Assembly (NCBI RefSeq): GCF_021028975.2
Contig: NC_059427.1
Span: 82,460,001 to 82,524,000, forward strand
Reading direction: 5' to 3'
From: Sphaerodactylus townsendi
Taxonomy: Eukaryota
DNA length: 64,000 nucleotides
How positions within the stretch are numbered: position 1 is the first letter of the stretch; each line of letters begins with the position of its first letter. The notes under the pieces are model-generated. The model did no database searches. It was not told the origin of the DNA and saw only the letters and a list, made by a program, of their open reading frames with translations. Both the position numbers and the translations under genes were made by a program. Shown here in pieces: positions 61,766 to 64,000 of this stretch.

Positions 61766-63129
61766 CAAAAATGTTAAGCCATCTAAAACAGTATTCATAA
61801 AACTGTCACCAGTTAGAAGCAGACAATAAAAACAATCTAAAAAGACTGATTCCCTCAGTATAAACCTCGAGTTTTAAATAAACATTTTGGACTGGTACGT
61901 AAAGGACAATAACATAGACACCCCACATGCCTCAGGGAGGAAAGCATTCCAAAGGGGAGGTGTCACCACTGAAAAAAAAACTTTTCTCTGCTTGCTACCC
62001 TTGTCACCCCTGCAGGCAGGGATGCAGCAAAGCAGGGCTCGTGAAGAGGATTTTCACTGGAAACCAAACAGTAAAAAGGAAAATAATCCTTTAAATACCC
62101 TGGTGCCAAGCCGTTTAGGGCCTTAAAGGGCAAGGACAAGTACTTTGGATTGTGCCTAGAAACAGATGAGCATCCAGTGAAGATTTTTCAATACAGAAAT
62201 GATTGTTTCTGGGCAATTCACAATTCTGTAACACATTACAGTGACCTAACAGGGATGTAATCAGAGCATGTATCACCATGGTCATATCACATTTTTTGAG
62301 GAATTGCCATAACCAGTATATCAGAAGATGTTAAAGGTGTTATGTGACAAAGGGGTGATGAAAGTCTCCACCCATGAACCAGGATACAGTAGCACTAGAA
62401 TCTACATGAACAAGTCTGTGGAAACGCTCTGACCCACATACTCTTTACCACAAGCCATAAGCTAGTTAGCCATAAGCTTTCTGGTTTTCAACAAAACTAT
62501 AGTTTACTATCGCAGAGGAACGCTGTTTTGTTCCCCATCTGTAATGGAACTTCCAAAGCACCAAGCATATTTTCAAGTAAGTATACAACTATTTGCCTCA
62601 AACCAGAAAACAACTAATTAGAATGTAGCATGCCAGAGAAGGAAGGAGAAAAGAGCCCAGAGACATCATACTGCGGAAACAGTGGAGACTGAGAAACAAA
62701 AGAAATCTTGGATAACCTGATCAAAGTGTCAACTCACTGTGTGGCAGCAGAGAAAAAGGCAAAATCAGTGGTGGGGATTCTAAAACAAGGAATTGAAAAT
62801 AAGACCATTATTGCATTAGAAAGCTCTATTTAACTAAATGTTGGAGACAGAACAGAAAGCAACTGGTTCAGAAATTATTTCACCTATCACCTCTAAGAGG
62901 TATAAATGTTAAATTTAAATAAACAAGGAATACTTAATGTACATCCATTTTTATGTTAAGACATCAGAACATTCTGATGAGAAATTATAATATTTCTACT
63001 TCCATTGAGGATTGCTGAGAGATACTACAATAAAACTATTGTTGAAAATACTAAGCGCTACAAGGAAATTCCTAGGCATCTTGGTGATCTGGTATTTTGG
63101 ATTTGTTCAGTCCTGATTGCATAATATTA

Positions 63130-63500
63130 GTTTAGGCAGTTGATAGGCAACAAATTCAAGACTGATAAAGAGACATAGATTTAGGTTACAAAATGGAAGT
63201 ACTTCTTCACACAACAACTGATTAAAATTTGGACTTCACAACAAAATGATGGCCACCAGCACAAAGTACTTTGAAATAGGATTAGACAAATTCATGGAGG
63301 TCAATCAATTACTACTAGCCATAGTTACTAAAGACAGTAAACCTCTGAAAAATAGTGCTAGAAGGCAGCATCAGAAAAAGGCCTTGGTCTTTATGTCCTC
63401 TGTTGGCTCTCCAGGGCAACTGGCTGCCTGCTGCATGAAACAGAATGTTGGGCTAGAAAGGCTACTGGTCTGACTCAGCAGCCATTCTTATGTTCCTATT
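63130..63500 (+). mobile_element. Old CR1 3' end
   Basis: KYFFTQ...FEIGLDKFME, 3'UTR and TTCTTATGTTC tail. Confidence 0.75.
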
Positions 63501-63642
63501 TTTGACAATTTAACTGAACCATGGTTTTGAATTCTACCCAAGTATTTAAACATCCTGGCTTTGAAGCCTCACCCAAATAGAGGGTTATCAAGACTGTGGC
63601 AGGCTGAATACAAGTCAAACATTAACAAACAGTTGAGATCTG

Positions 63643-63828
63643 TAGAGTGTTGTGGGTTTTCTGGGTTGTATGGCCACATCCAAGTAGTATTTTTTCCTGA
63701 TGTTTTGCCTGCATCCCAGCCACAGATGCAGGAAAAATGTCAGGAGAAAATACTATTTTAACACACCCATACAACCTGGAAAACCCATAATACCCTAGTG
63801 ATTCTGGTCATGAAAGTCTTCAACAATA
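63643..63828. mobile_element. Fold-back Penelope-like insertion with 12-bp TSD
   Basis: AGTTGAGATCTG duplicated at 63631-63642 and 63829-63840; two decayed hammerhead 3' halves in opposite orientation. Confidence 0.75.
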
Positions 63829-64000
63829 AGTTGAGATCTGATTTAAGTAGGGTAATTATATGGTTTTTAAGACTGTCATTCATATAATTGATTTTTTCCT
63901 GATTATTTTATGTTGTGTCTAATTTTGTAAGACTTCCATATAAGATGGGATATAAATCTCACTAAAGAAATACATAAAAATAGAAAAATAAGTAGAAGAG

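Overview
Vertebrate genomic DNA; the repeat content (CR1, L2, Penelope, DIRS, tRNA- and 5S-derived SINEs) points to a squamate reptile, probably a gecko. It carries the conserved MGAT4B-LTC4S-MAML1 block. (1) The last nine coding exons of MGAT4B on + (1805-20367). (2) A complete five-exon LTC4S on - (37125-23071, 138 aa), almost invisible to the ORF track and rebuilt here from GT-AG boundaries. (3) Exons 2-5 of MAML1 on - (55835-49101); exon 1 lies beyond the window. Between MAML1 and LTC4S is a ~3.7 kb DIRS1-like tyrosine-recombinase retrotransposon whose RT/RNase H core is deleted and replaced by an inverted copy of its own ORF1. Introns hold many transposon fragments, several with readable target-site duplications (TSDs), and four Penelope-type minimal hammerhead ribozyme motifs, two of which bracket one MGAT4B exon. 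LTC4S keeps its catalytic residues but has Cys at the Trp116 lid position and lacks the C-terminal helix. I found no convincing wholly new multi-gene system. The best leads are the hammerhead insertions, the rearranged DIRS and the LTC4S variant. All homology calls are from recalled sequences, not database searches.
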